A DNA stretch of 63,968 nucleotides, counting the filler, from Choristocarpus tenellus KU-1152 (taxonomy: Eukaryota > Protista > Phaeophyceae): NCBI GenBank assembly GCA_964200185.2. It is 13 parts of 13 records of this genome, joined end to end, with 100 filler letters (N's around TTAATTAATTAA, not from the genome) between each part and the next. Parts side by side here need not be neighbours in the genome. Positions count along the whole stretch, not along the records: positions 1 to 3,716 come from CAXNAD020018332.1; positions 3,817 to 7,294 come from CAXNAD020019761.1; positions 7,395 to 11,886 come from CAXNAD020014316.1; positions 11,987 to 18,247 come from CAXNAD020008542.1; 9 more parts are not named here. The stretch is one strand, 5' to 3'. A model generated the notes under the pieces. The model saw nothing but the letters and a program-made list of their open reading frames with translations. It was not told the DNA's origin and made no database searches. Shown in pieces: positions 1-12,087 of the stretch. Each line of letters starts with the position of its first letter. Within the stretch, counting starts at the first letter, position 1. Made by a program: the position numbers and the translations under genes.

Positions 1-281
1 AGGGAGATGGGCGCGGAGGGGCCTGTTGGATTCTTGGGATGCCTCCCTAGCTCCCCCCTCCGAGGCACAGAAGTAGGTAGATGGGAAGCACAGGAAGACA
101 GTACAATATTTTATAGTGGTGAAGTAACTGATAGATTAGTGGTTTTCACACTTACAGTGTTTTATAGTGTTCTCACGTTTAGGATATTTTATTTCTTTAG
201 GGCTAATAATGACATATGTATAGTTTTCATTGGATTTCCTCCAGACACATCTGCAAAATTTCAGAGGACATAATAATAAAA
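1..281 (+). mobile_element. 3' end/UTR of CRE-like non-LTR retrotransposon, with (TAA)n-type tail
   Basis: Matches the 3' part of 14421-15070, 42960-43428 and 43655-44100 (…TAGTTTTCATTGG…GACACATCTGCAAAAT…CAGAGGRCATAATAATAAAA). Confidence 0.7.
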
Positions 282-821
282 ATGACCCGTATCCTGCTAT
301 GACGAGTGATAACTCTGTCAGCAAGTCTGAGGAGCGTTATGTTTTTCCCAAAAAGGTCCATGGACACTACAGGTCGAATCACAAGCATGGTAAATCCATA
401 TAACAAGCAACACAGGCACAAAAAATATTGAAATATTTGATGATATATCTGATGAGACACACTGCTGCCTCCAGCAGTATGCTCTGAATAACCAGTCCTT
501 TGATCTACACCTACATATTGCAAGCAGAAGGACAGCAGCAACACCAATATTATTGTTATGATTCTCGATATTGACTAAGGTTGTACGTGGAGAAATTCGA
601 ACAAGAGGTATGTGAAGGGTTTTTGTTGGAAGTGTAGCAGTAGAGGACAAATAGAAAGGTGGAAGACTTCCACAAGATTTCTCTCATTGTATTGGAAAGG
701 GACGATACAGCCAAAAAAGATTTTCTAGAAGCAGGGGGAACTGGTGTGTTTTGTCAGTCAAGCTACTAGCAACAACACTCCTGAACTGAACAAGATAACC
801 CCCATGTGACATCAGATAAAT

Positions 822-1079
822 GAGTGAAAGTATCTTAGAGGGTATGAGTTTTGCCCTGTTTGTCCATTTGGGGATTTGCTTGCTATGTTGTTTTTATCAC
901 ATTTTCCTACTCCAAAATGTTTAGGAATAGGTAAGATGTATACGTTACGAAAATGTGTGTCCAAAACATAGATGTTGACACTTCCTTTTAAACTCGATAG
1001 CCAAAATAACATCAAAATCGCAACATTGGATTTCGACCCCCAAATGGACGCGGCGATACACCTCTAAGATTTATGAATC
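822..1079. mobile_element. MITE family A copy (~260 bp, imperfect TIRs GAGT(C/G)AAAGTATCTTAGAGGGTA)
   Basis: Near-identical to copies at 19423, 35396, 54807 and 60025; terminal inverted repeats, no coding capacity. Confidence 0.85.
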
Positions 1080-1939
1080 AACGAGACAAGCTAGGAACTA
1101 GGTGGTACACCAGTAAATACTATGTGTCCCAGTCAAATCACTCACTTACTCTCAAAAAGGTTGCAGGAGACAACTTGGCCACACGCCACAACTCCCTGGA
1201 CCAATTGATCTAAAATCTTGTGTAATCAATTGATGAGACAAGATCAAATACACACAAATTGACTCTAGAGTATCTGTACTGCATTGCATGAATCACCTCA
1301 GAGTATCCTATGTGTATGTACACGAGTGCTTCTTTAGATTTGATGTACGAATCTGTGATGTATTAAACTTCTCAAAGTCTGCTACTCCACATGCAGGAAG
1401 GAAAATATTGGGTTGCCAGTAGATGGGGCAAAACACTGAGGTGATACAAACTACTGTTTACCCTAGCTACATGACACTGTTGTTCTTCATGTCCAGTAAG
1501 TAATCCTAAGACCTAACGTGAACCATACAAATGAATCGGTAAGAAACCAAAGCATCGGACAATTGAATCAATTCACATTTCAGAAGTACCAAACACCTTT
1601 TTTGGAACAGAATTGAGAGTTGGTGCTACTACCAATCGCTGCTACATAGTACAAATGTATGGCATAATCCAACCGCATCAATAAGAGGAAATCCTACGTT
1701 TTGTCTGTGTGAAGACAGTCATGGGGATCAAAATCACCATTATTATATATATATATATGTTGTTCTTACGCCTTACAACACCCGCCATGAAGAGGCCACT
1801 TGTAAACAACTTCTTGTAAGTCCGTATCACTCCTGCCTGGCCCATCACACAACATGAATCACCACTTGTCCTACTCTGAAGGTTCCGTATAGTACCACAT
1901 GATGCGGTGCACTCACCAAAAACCAAAACCATCCAATGA

Positions 1940-2135
1940 CCTACTACCATTGCCTAACTAGATACTTCTGTGATTATTGCTACCTGACAAATAAAAAAAC
2001 ATTTGTTGCCCTACTACCATTGCCTAACTAGATATTTTTGTGATTAATGCTGCCTGACAAAGACAAAACCATTCGTTGCCCTACTACCATTGCCTGACCA
2101 AATACTTCTGTGATTAATGCTGCCCGACAAACATT
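1940..2135. repeat. Tandem repeat, ~70-bp unit x ~2.8
   Basis: CCTACTACCATTGCCTAACTAGATACTTCTGTGATTA… recurs at about 1940, 2010 and 2080. Confidence 0.85.
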
Positions 2136-3374
2136 AAACTACCCAATACAGAAGACGGATGTCCTACTTCTGACACTGTGCAGCCCTGTGGTCACCAAGA
2201 TGGTTTCAAGAATGCTAAGGATATTCCTTTACTCATCCAACGACTGTAAAGAATCTTTTTCAAACACAACACATCAACACAACAGCTCCCCCCATATATA
2301 GCCATGGATACATTCTCTTTGATTTTGATACTTTGCTATTTCCTCCACCCAGCCTCAGGAGTATCTGAAGGCGGCTACACACTGCCTTCGCTCAAAATAA
2401 CAAGGAAACCTTCCCATGAGACCCGTCTCATTCACACACGGAATTTCTAACACAATGAGTAAATTAAGCCCCTTCTACCCCCTAACACAATACCCCCCCC
2501 CACACCCCCAGGAACAAAACTCCCTACACCTAATCTCACCTCCCTCGATTCAGGACCACTCTTCACAAAAAAAAATAATTACTGAAATACACGCCACATG
2601 ACATCAACCCTTCCTTCATGCACAATACACATTGTTGCCAGACACAAATGACACGAAAAAATGAGAACGAATCGGACAGATTTCGCTCACAACTCCAGTT
2701 TCATGGGGTTGGGGGTTGGAGGCTAGGGTCGATGCTTGAAAAATAAAGCAAAATATGAATTTATTGGCACAATCTGTCTGATTCACTGAAGAAGCTGCCA
2801 TTTGATATTGGAAGGTGCGCCCTTCCCTTTTGGGGGGGACAGGTGATGGCTCCACACCAGTCCGCCCTCTTGTGGACTCTTCCTGAGCCCCCCTGTCCCA
2901 CCTAAATACAATCTTGTATAGACCGTAAACTCTCTCAGGTCATAGAAAGGGGTTGAATGCGGTAGACTTCAGCGTTGCTAGCGGCTGAAAGAGGGGGTGT
3001 CTAGAAGTTGAACCAGATGAAGAGCTCTCAGTTGCTCTGGCCCTTGACCTGCTCCCTCGACTTGTTCTATTTCCTGCTGCTGAATTGATAGTACTCTCTG
3101 TGCCCAGGCTATCCCAGTGGGTCCAACTCCAACCTTGAGAGTCATACCAATATTATTATTGCAATTGAAAATGATAAGATTGTGGGGGTTAGTGAATATG
3201 TATGGAAAGTAGAATTTACACCAATGAGATGGGCTATATATCACATATATAAGCCTACCTCTACTTCTACATGGATAGGATTGAGCCACTAGAGTACATT
3301 ACACTGTACAACATGCTGGAGTACTTTCCACCTCCTTAATTTGCAGGGCTTTTCCCTGGGTCAAGCAGATAGCA

Positions 3375-3590
3375 TCTCCACTGTCAGCCTTATGGCCGAA
3401 GGCCGTCCCGTGGCCAAGTCATATTGAAACAGTCAATGGTCATGGACTCGGTCATGTCTGAACTTCGTTTTACACGGCAAGCTGGCAGCCCCAGTCATGC
3501 TCAGTAGTGACGATCACAGACTTGGCCATGTTAGAATATTTATCTATGGCCAGCCAGGTCAAGGCTATGTCTCTCAATTTACCATTCACC
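3375..3590. repeat. Old dispersed repeat, inverted homolog at ~22490-22805
   Basis: CCGTGGCCAAGTCATATTGAAAC…CATGGACTCGGTCATGT matches the reverse complement of about 22700-22775. Confidence 0.55.
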
Positions 3591-3716
3591 CTGCTTGTAT
3601 CTTGTATCCTACTTCGATGTATACTATAAAACTACTATAGAAGTACAAAATATAATACATATATTATAATGCCCTCCAACAATTTGCGCATGGACCCAAA
3701 GTATCTGGGAGGGGGG

Positions 3717-3816
3717 NNNNNNNNNNNNNNNNNNNNNNNNNNNNNNNNNNNNNNNNNNNNTTAATTAATTAANNNNNNNNNNNNNNNNNNNNNNNNNNNN
3801 NNNNNNNNNNNNNNNN
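3717..3816. other. Artificial contig-joining spacer (N44-TTAATTAATTAA-N44). Others at 7295, 11887, 18248, 21117, 25652, 31676, 47451, 51396, 54312, 57241, 61350
   Basis: Twelve identical 100-nt blocks carrying a six-frame stop linker. Confidence 0.98.
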
Positions 3817-5655
3817 CCATAGCGTCATTTTAAGGTCGTTGGACTTGAGTTGTACATCCTGGAAGGTGAGCATTGAGGGGCGCCTGTAACACATGCGCTT
3901 TGAAGTTATCTTACATCAAGAGTCAGATTGAAAATCTTGAGGTTAAAACTATCTCCCTCTCTATGCATAGTATGTTGTGAGAATTTTGGTTGTTGAGCAT
4001 GTCCTGTGGATGATGCAGTGGGAAGAGCTGTTATCGGTGCGGGGATAGTCATCGGTACATGGGGTCGATGAAGAATCCTCGTGGATTCGGGGCTTACACA
4101 TTCTTCCGGAAAGCTTTCTTTCCCGGACACGTAGGATAGGGAGAGCAGATCAGTTGGCAACTTTTCCGCCGCCTTCTCCGCGATTATAGGAGCGGCTGCC
4201 TCAAAGATATCCTTCCACTTGTAGCCTCGCGGTGTGTCCTCTCCGAGGATGCCAGGGCCTTTGACAGCCAGTATGTCTGTGCACATTCTTGCAAAGTATT
4301 GCATCCTGGTCTGCTTCTGGAGCTACGCACACGGAGGGATCCGGATAATGTCTTTGCGGATGGTGGCGTAACGATATGATGCGAGGCACACGGAACACAA
4401 AACCAGCGAGAGTCGCCACCAAGTGTGAGAACAACATGGATGGTTTGTCGTAAACATGCTAATGCGCACTATGTACGGAATATAGACAAGATCCACAGAA
4501 CACACGAATTTGAAGCACTTGCGAGGAGATGAGTCTACAACAGAGATTCTCAGTCATCGAATACGCCTTTTTTATTTCCTCGTGCCAGAATGGATGATAC
4601 CTTATGGTATCATTAGGAACATATCTGTCTGATGATCAGGACCAGTCTTGCTTCAGAAATAAACCTTGCTCTATATGAGGTCTCTGGTGGGAAGATACAC
4701 AGAAATCAATCTGGAAAGCACAGTGTGCGCCCTGAACGTAACAATTTCTTCGATCGAAAAAATGTACCATACGAATAGCTTTTTGCAATTTGTTACGATG
4801 AATTCAATGTTATCCGGCAACAGTTATTTCCTCTCCAAAAAATGACCTACTTCTAGTAAGGCCAATGAACGTCGAAAACTTAGCAAAGATGAAAATTATC
4901 ATACACAGTCCTTCCTACTGAGAGTCGACACACTAGTCCCGCCTACCTGTTGCCTGTAACTGTGGCTGAATCCGCCACTGTTCTTCAGGGACTCAATGGC
5001 GGCCTTGTGGTTCGTGTCCCAGAGCACAGTGAGGGTATGAACGACCCTGAAGTTGAACTTACCCTGTGCATCAATTTACGCAACATTGTGGAGGACAGGG
5101 CAACGTCGGTAATGTCATACATGATGAGGATGCTAACAGAGTTCATCCTATCATCGAGTCACACCATGTCTGCCTAAGGAGGTACAAACTCCACAAAATA
5201 AACAAATGTTTGACCCATTCAAGGTTTTCGTTTTGCATGTGCAATTGTGGGTTCATTGGATGTGCAGTCGAATTTCATCCACCGCGCGTCGCTCACTTTG
5301 CATACTCAAATGTTGTTACTGACATGCTTGAAAACATGCCGCGCTTTCATCGTTTGTGTTCCTCCTCTTGTCATCCTGCCACACACCGCACAGGACTTTC
5401 TCAAATTCATCAGTTCCTGATGGCAGAGTGGTGAGGTGGGCGAATGAGCAATTCGTATCGTTTGATTAGAATTCATGGGTTGTTCGTGTCTACCATAATA
5501 CATATCCCAAAATCATCCATTAATGACTGTGGTCTTTTACCTTCGTCTGCACATATCTGGGCCAGAGTTGCGATTGCATTGTAGAACTGTTTCGCTGTGC
5601 CATAGCCATAGCTGGCACTGTTACGGCCACTCGCCAGATTGGTATCAACTACTCT
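3817..5655 (-). pseudogene. Decayed, intron-containing Crypton-like (NDC10/CBF3 domain-2 tyrosine-recombinase) transposase relic
   Basis: Fragments in the expected order: TAKQFYNAIATL; GMFSSM..RAVDEIR; RRCPVLH..A; SHSYRQQ; SVYLP; ATLAGF..YRYATIRKDIIRIPP. Many stops and frameshifts. Confidence 0.4.
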
Positions 5656-5669
5656 GCCCCCCCCCCCAT

Positions 5670-6290
5670 CCATACGAGCAGGTACTGTTCCCACGGACAG
5701 AGGAATTCCCCATAGACCTCAAGGTCCTCTTCACCAACTTCCACGGTCATACCTTCCTTTATCACAACACAACCATCTGGCAGACACAGCAGTATAAACA
5801 TTGCAAATCCCACCTCCCGGAAGGTCACGCTGCCATGTCCATCGACTTCAGTTCCCAGCTTCCACACAGCCACCAGGACCTAACACAACAAGAATTTTTC
5901 AATCTATTGTTGACAGCACTACAATTTGTAGTGAAGACAGGAGTCAGGACAATGAGTTTGTCCAGAACACTGTGGAGATGTTCATCGGCAGCCACTTTAT
6001 GCCTGTGCCACGGGAATATGGTCTGATGGGTGTGGTAGTCAGTTTAAGAACCGGTGGCAGATGTGGAGGGTTTCCCAGACGATTGCGAGGATGAAGATTT
6101 CAGTGGTGCACAAATTCTTCTCCTCGTGCCACGGCAAATCCATGGAGGATGGAGTTAGAGCCGTGGTGAAGTCAGCCGCCAGGAGGCTAGTGCTCAACGG
6201 GGTACGGATGTCGGGAACCTCGTCCTTGGTGGGGACATTGAAGTCTACCAAGACAGAATACACGCTGAGGGATCCAACGCCAGAGGAAGA
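5670..6290 (+). mobile_element. Sola2-like DDD transposase fragment (pseudogenised)
   Basis: WQTQQYKHCKSHLPEGHAAMSIDFSSQLPHSHQDLTQQEFF resembles the Sola2 'Q..y...K..L..G.....DFSENY....QDEiQ' motif; FFSSCHGKSMEDGVRAVVKSAARR resembles 'F...HGKg..DG.G..VK'. Confidence 0.65.
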
Positions 6291-7394
6291 GGAGCCTCCA
6301 TGGGGACCGCGAGGTTCCTCCAGGACAGACTGTTGTCACCAAGGTCATGTACCACCCCCCAACTATCTACACATATGGTTCACATCCTTTTTTTCCACAT
6401 GCATTATAATCTCCAACCAGTACAAACATTTCTTCATATCCAACACTTCTGCGCACGTCCCCCTGGCACCCTCCTAAGTACAACACCTCTTCAATCCCCC
6501 GCAACCCTCAACCCTGTTAAAAACACCCACCTTCACAATCAGAACATTAACACAAATGACAACTGCTCTACTGCAAAATTGAATTGAATTATTTTGACTT
6601 AGTTTTATTTCAATTTTAGGATTTTCTACACGAGGCTTTATAAGAAAAAATATATAATCAATTAAACTGTACATTATTTGATAATAGCTAGCTTGTGATC
6701 CAAGTGTTGTATAGTCCACATCGCTTTTGAAGTATAATATTAACTTACTTGAGTCAAATCTATCCTTTAGTATTTTTATGATTTCCATATTAAAGTTCTC
6801 TTTCCACAACCCACCACCATACACGACGAGTATCTACACCTTCCTTCTGTCCAGCATCCAAGCCTGCGCGTTTTTCAAATCCTGAATCCGAATTCGAAAG
6901 ACAATTGACAAAAATATGCCCTCGGTCTGCATATAAATATATAACCATTAACAAAACACAAAACCGACAACACCATAGTTCAACACTGTTTTCTCACGCA
7001 ATCATTCTGCAGCATGGATATTCTCGTGCTTAACATAAGTGAGGAGTATGTGCATTGAAGTTAGAGAACCCCTCAATATACACACCATTACACTATACTC
7101 TGTTAAGTTGTCCTTGACGATCTGTTGTCCCACACAACTAGTTATATTATTGTTTATTAACTTGTATCACAGTTAAGAAGAGAGTGAGATACCTTCACTA
7201 GGTGGGGCTCACCAGTCCTTACACTTAATGACTCAGAATACCAAATGACTCAACGTATCTCTAGTACACGTCAGAAACACTCCGACTCTAATAGNNNNNN
7301 NNNNNNNNNNNNNNNNNNNNNNNNNNNNNNNNNNNNNNTTAATTAATTAANNNNNNNNNNNNNNNNNNNNNNNNNNNNNNNNNNNNNNNNNNNN

Positions 7395-7595
7395 ACGATT
7401 TTGATGTAATTTTGGTTATTTTGTTTGATACGAAGTGTCAACATCTATGTTTTGGACACACCTTTTCATAACGTATACATTTTACCTCCTCCTAAACATT
7501 TTGGAGTAGGAAAATGTGATTTAAAAAAACATGGGAAGCCAAGTCCCAAATGGACGAACAGGACAAAACTCGTACCCTCTAAGATACTTTCACTC
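7395..7595. mobile_element. MITE family A, partial at contig edge; interrupts the SET-like exon
   Basis: Ends in the TIR TACCCTCTAAGATACTTTCACTC. Confidence 0.85.
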
Positions 7596-10500
7596 ATCTT
7601 CCTGGGGCCAACCTGGGAGAAGGGGAGGACCTGGTGACGGCTTCCGCTCTGCGGAACTTTTGATGTGAATTCAATGTTGACATCATCTGCCTTCTCGGTC
7701 CAACGCATGTAGTAGAGAGGGCAAGTGGCTGCCACGCGCAAGTAGAGCTCTGCGCGCGGCCCACACACCTCCATTACAGGCGAAAGCATGCACTTGAGTT
7801 GTTTGTTGTTAGCCACATGAAGCAGCCGAATGCACTGTTCTTCTTGGTCTTCAAGAGATATCGAACGGAAGGCCTCTGATCGAGAGTTGCACACTTCGAG
7901 ATCACCCCACGCAGGGAGGTCATTTCCGCCGACTTTGTAGTCTTCCCCTTCAAGTGGGAATAAGGCCATTTCTGCGGGATTCGAGGACGAGCTTGCACGC
8001 GTCTGAGCATTGCGGAAGACAAAGACGGCGGTGGGGTTGGGTGTGGTGGAGGGGTGTTGGGGGGGGGGCCAGAGTTCGGTTATTCATGAATTTTCGTGAT
8101 TTAGAGATAATCTCGTCCGAAGGAGGTGCAATAACAGCAACCTTATTGTGGCAAACGTTGAACACATGACGGATCTAAAACTTACCCGCAAGGCCCATAG
8201 TTTTCTACGCGACGTATTTGGATGCTGCTTTTGATAGGTTCGGACTCGGGAATAAAAAAAACGTTCATTCTGTGTGCCAAGAGCTTGACTCTGCGGTTAG
8301 TTCTTCACAAAATATGTAACGAAGTGCATTCTATATCACATTCACCTCGATCCGGTAGCCAAAGTCCATCGCCACCGTCTTCACAACGAAAACGGTCGCC
8401 TGATCACGTCCCATTGCCTTTCCCTGAGGATTGACAGCCTCAGCAAAACATCGTTGCATCTCCGTTGGGATGAGGGTCTGCCCCAAGGCTTCCGGCAGGC
8501 AGGAAGGGCCTATCATGCGTTCTTGAACGAGAGATGTGGATACCTGCAACATCATGTGCGTACATGTGACAGCCCAACCATGTGGCATTGAAGTGTTTGC
8601 CATGCGATAAGGTTTCACACGTATGTAGGGGTTATTTCGGCGTTGGTTAAAGATCTTGTGGTGTACCGCAGCACGTTTGTTTTTTCGTGTGGGGAAGGAG
8701 GACATTACGACGTACCGACGCTCACACACAAAGTCTTGGGGTCTAGCGATTTCCGTTTGTGGTGTGGGTAACCGCGTGCACCATGTTAGCAACATGCAAA
8801 CATTGACAAGAAAACATCACTACAACAATTGTACGCCCGAGACCTATCCATAGGAAACCAAGACAGACAACAAGTTGGAAAGCAATGGAAAAAAAATCAG
8901 CACCCCCTTCTTACCTTCCACTTGCCGTCCTTGTAGGCTTGAACGAAGGAGGTCTCCATCTTCTCTTTCACCTCATCCTTTGATGCTGCATTGGACACGA
9001 ACACCTCCATCCTCCTGCTCCGTTCAAGGGCCGCCTCCACCACGTTGTGCCTCTGTGCACTGAAGGAGACGACGGTTTCCCCAGCATTTGTGTACCTATC
9101 ATAGGAGGGCAGTTCGTCAATTATCCCGAGGAGAAGATTGTATTGCACACGGGTTCATCATATCGCAATGTGTGAGAAATGTACCGATACTGGGCAACAC
9201 ACTCTTGGTGTGCTGTTTGACGCTTAACATACTGATTCAGGGAAACACACTCGTGGTATGGTTTGACGCCCCTGAACCGTCACCCAGCTCGTTGTGTTAC
9301 TGTTTAACGATCTCCTACGCCTATTAAAAAAAAGTCGCTGCTCCTGTGAAGAAGGGTTAGTGTGACGTTATTAACTAACCTGTTAACGAGGAAGTGGAGG
9401 GCCCTCATGGGGATGTCCGTTGCGGCACCTTGGTACTCGACGTCACACATGATTTTGAGTACCGGAGGAGATGCATTACTCTCGTGGCCAAAGATGTCGT
9501 CGACGGTTATTCGCTTGTTGCATGTGAACTCTGTCCCATCGTTGTGCGCGAGAAGAATCCTGTCCAGACAACATCTGAGGTGGTTATTAGTGCCTGATTG
9601 AGGGCGCCCCCCCCCCCTCGTCTTGTATATTAAGCTTAGGGGATGATCCTCCACAACCAAACCCACCTTCGATGCCATAAGAGCCCCTGAATGAAGAGAA
9701 GGCGAGAGCGAGCGCGTGGGTCCGGCATGCGTCAAACTTGACAGTGACATCACACAAGTAGTTATCGTAGGGATTCCTGAAATCTCATACCACTAACATT
9801 ATAATAGTACAATGAATGTGGAACGCAAGGCAAAAACAAATGCAAAAAATGCAAACAATAGGAAATTCTGTAGTAGAAGGAAAGACGGCATAAATAATGT
9901 AATGAAGACAAGTAACACCAGCATGCGATTCGCGTACAATGAAACAAAGAACTACGAAGGACCCGGGAGAAAGAGTAAGCGATACAAAAGGAAATAGGGT
10001 ACGAAGAACATTAAACATGAGGAAAGTGAAAAAGAAAGACACACGACATAATCCGAATCTCCTGAACGGCCGCACAATATTCGATGGGCACACGGACGGA
10101 CTGATAACGGCCATGGCGGATTGCAATAGTCTCCCGCAATATACCCCGTAATTCAGTGCTCGTGAACTCTGCAACTCACCATTTAGGCGGTGTGATTGCG
10201 CGGCCCACGGGTGGGGCACAAACAGCGCGATGGTGCCTTGAGGATGTATCTTCACCTGCAAGCACTTAACCACCTGACGCAAGTGTGTGTTGGTCGCCTC
10301 TTCGTCGTTGAGTAGTCTTGGCTCGGCGGCAATGGACACTATGGCGAGCTTTGGTGCATTGCGGAAGGCGAACTCTTTCAGGTGGTCTAAGGGTATCGTA
10401 GGGTTGAGAGGGTGAAGGTCGTGTAGTGCAGTGTTCTCAGTCCTGGTTGGACATCACGACACACGATACAGTAGACAGACAGTACGACAAGAAGGACAGT

Positions 10501-11845
10501 GTCGTAAGCAACAGTGCAGGCAATCGTATCATTTAGTGAGGTCCTGACAATATTTCCACGGCATCCCCAAAATGTCAAGCCATACCCTCCACAACGCCAG
10601 ACCCATCAGATACATCTCGTGGAAGGAGGGTAGGCGTCAAAACACTAAATTCCATGGCCCATGGAAACCTCCAAAAAAACGACACATCCAACGCACAAAG
10701 GACGAGCAATCCACATGATATACAAGCAGCCAAGACCTACGTGCAAACCAACATGAAACCGAACACGCAGAGACGACTTGTATGTCTGTATAATGTGCAA
10801 CCACACCGAGACCCACATGCACTTCTCCATGTCCGCCGTTTCGCTGCGTGAGGGGGGACGTAAAAGGCTTTGCTTGGTGGGTGACCGCCCGCACTCCTTG
10901 CGTAACCCTTACCCTTGCCCTTGCCTCTGCCCCAACCCACCGCTTCGTTCCCCACCGATCCAGACCCTTTACTGCCCTCCTGTGCCATGGGGCAATTGAT
11001 AAAAATCGATCCTTGTGCCTCTCGTCGCCTACAATCTCCACGTAGGCACATTCGCCCATATGCGTGATGGAGCACTTTGGGCATGAATACCTGTCACGCA
11101 TGTCATCGAACGAGAGCATTAAACAGACAGGATAGTATTTTTCCAAATAATCAATTGGGCGCAACAACGCAACGCAGGGATCCACGGTTACGAAGGACTT
11201 CGAAATTGGTGGCACAAAACAGTTCAAAGTAGTACAGGTGAGATACAACAGTCGGTGATGTACATGCATTAACACACAATCTGGCTGTGGCAAATAAAGA
11301 GACGTGGGGGTAGCGACCGCAGCGCCACACACAGAGGGACCCTGAAAGTTCCACCGATTCAATGGTGTGCACCGCTGAAAAGAGACAACCTAGTTAGCCG
11401 TTCAGGGGATTGGATGGAAACCGAACTTTCGCCATTAATTACCCGCCATCCCCGTGTGCACCGTTACAACTACATTACTCACCGAGACGTAGGTGGAGGA
11501 TTGCATTCAGTACAGCAAACGCCCGCGTTCCACCCTCCATGCCCGTTTTTTTTTCTTCCGCACCAGGAACGCTGCCGACAGAAACCCCTTCACCCGTATC
11601 CTCCCTGTCTGGCAGTCCGTCCCCTCCCTCGTCTTCATCCCCTCCTTTGTGTTCGTCCCCTCCCTCGTCTCCATCCTCTCCTTTGTGTTCGCACCCTCCC
11701 TCGTCTTCTTTCTCACGGCCATCTGATGCCAATCCATTTTTGCTCTCAATGTTTGTGCCGCCGCCATCACAGCCCCGCCCACTGTGAACCCGGTGGAGGT
11801 TGACCTGGTTGAGGACATCCTGGTATTTCCCATCCCACGTGGTGA
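7596..11845 (-). pseudogene. Copy 1 of a multi-exon gene: acidic linker - PHD finger - beta-class amino-methyltransferase-like domain - SET-like domain. Exons ~11845-11483, 11090-~10830, 10442-10180, 9686-9380, 9095-8915, 8543-8346, 8290-8186, ~7971-7596
   Basis: GT-AG exons join in phase for 11483/11090 and for the five exons from 10442 to 8186. Spliced text includes CTEC..CPKC...H...C (PHD), KIHPQGTIALFVP, TDIPMRALHFLVNRYTNAGETVVSF…VEAALERSR (MTase) and RKLWALR…CPLYYM..NIEF (SET-like). Cut by MITEs at both ends, with frameshifts. Confidence 0.6.
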
Positions 11846-11886
11846 GGCTCAAAGTATCTGAGAGGGGGTGGCGGCTGTCCATTTGG
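11846..11886. mobile_element. MITE family B, partial at contig edge; inserted in an exon
   Basis: GGCTCAAAGTATCTG…GTCCATTTGG; copy 2 has the uninterrupted exon at ~20118. Confidence 0.85.
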
Positions 11887-12087
11887 NNNNNNNNNNNNNN
11901 NNNNNNNNNNNNNNNNNNNNNNNNNNNNNNTTAATTAATTAANNNNNNNNNNNNNNNNNNNNNNNNNNNNNNNNNNNNNNNNNNNNGTATGTCAAAGGTG
12001 CACAAGAATTCAACTTGAGGATCCTAACACCCCTTCCCCTCTACCCCCTGTGGGAGCTAGCCACAAACAGTTGTTGAGAGTCGCATC

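Noticed and set aside
1940-2135. Direct repeats as a CRISPR-like array
   Set aside because: The units are contiguous and similar along their full length, with no unique spacers and no cas genes; the context is eukaryotic.
3717-3816. Recurrent TTAATTAATTAA between N runs as a biological repeat
   Set aside because: Identical 100-nt artificial linker with stops in all six frames.
5649-5873. Minus-strand ORF MAVWKLG…
   Set aside because: Shadow of the plus-strand Sola2-like frame.
6474-6824. AT-rich 116-aa ORF as a viral gene
   Set aside because: No recognisable motif, and the start codon is GTG.
9304-9379. DFFLIGVG as MTase motif I
   Set aside because: It lies in the intron after the 9380 donor; the spliced exon at 9095 gives the better collinear match.
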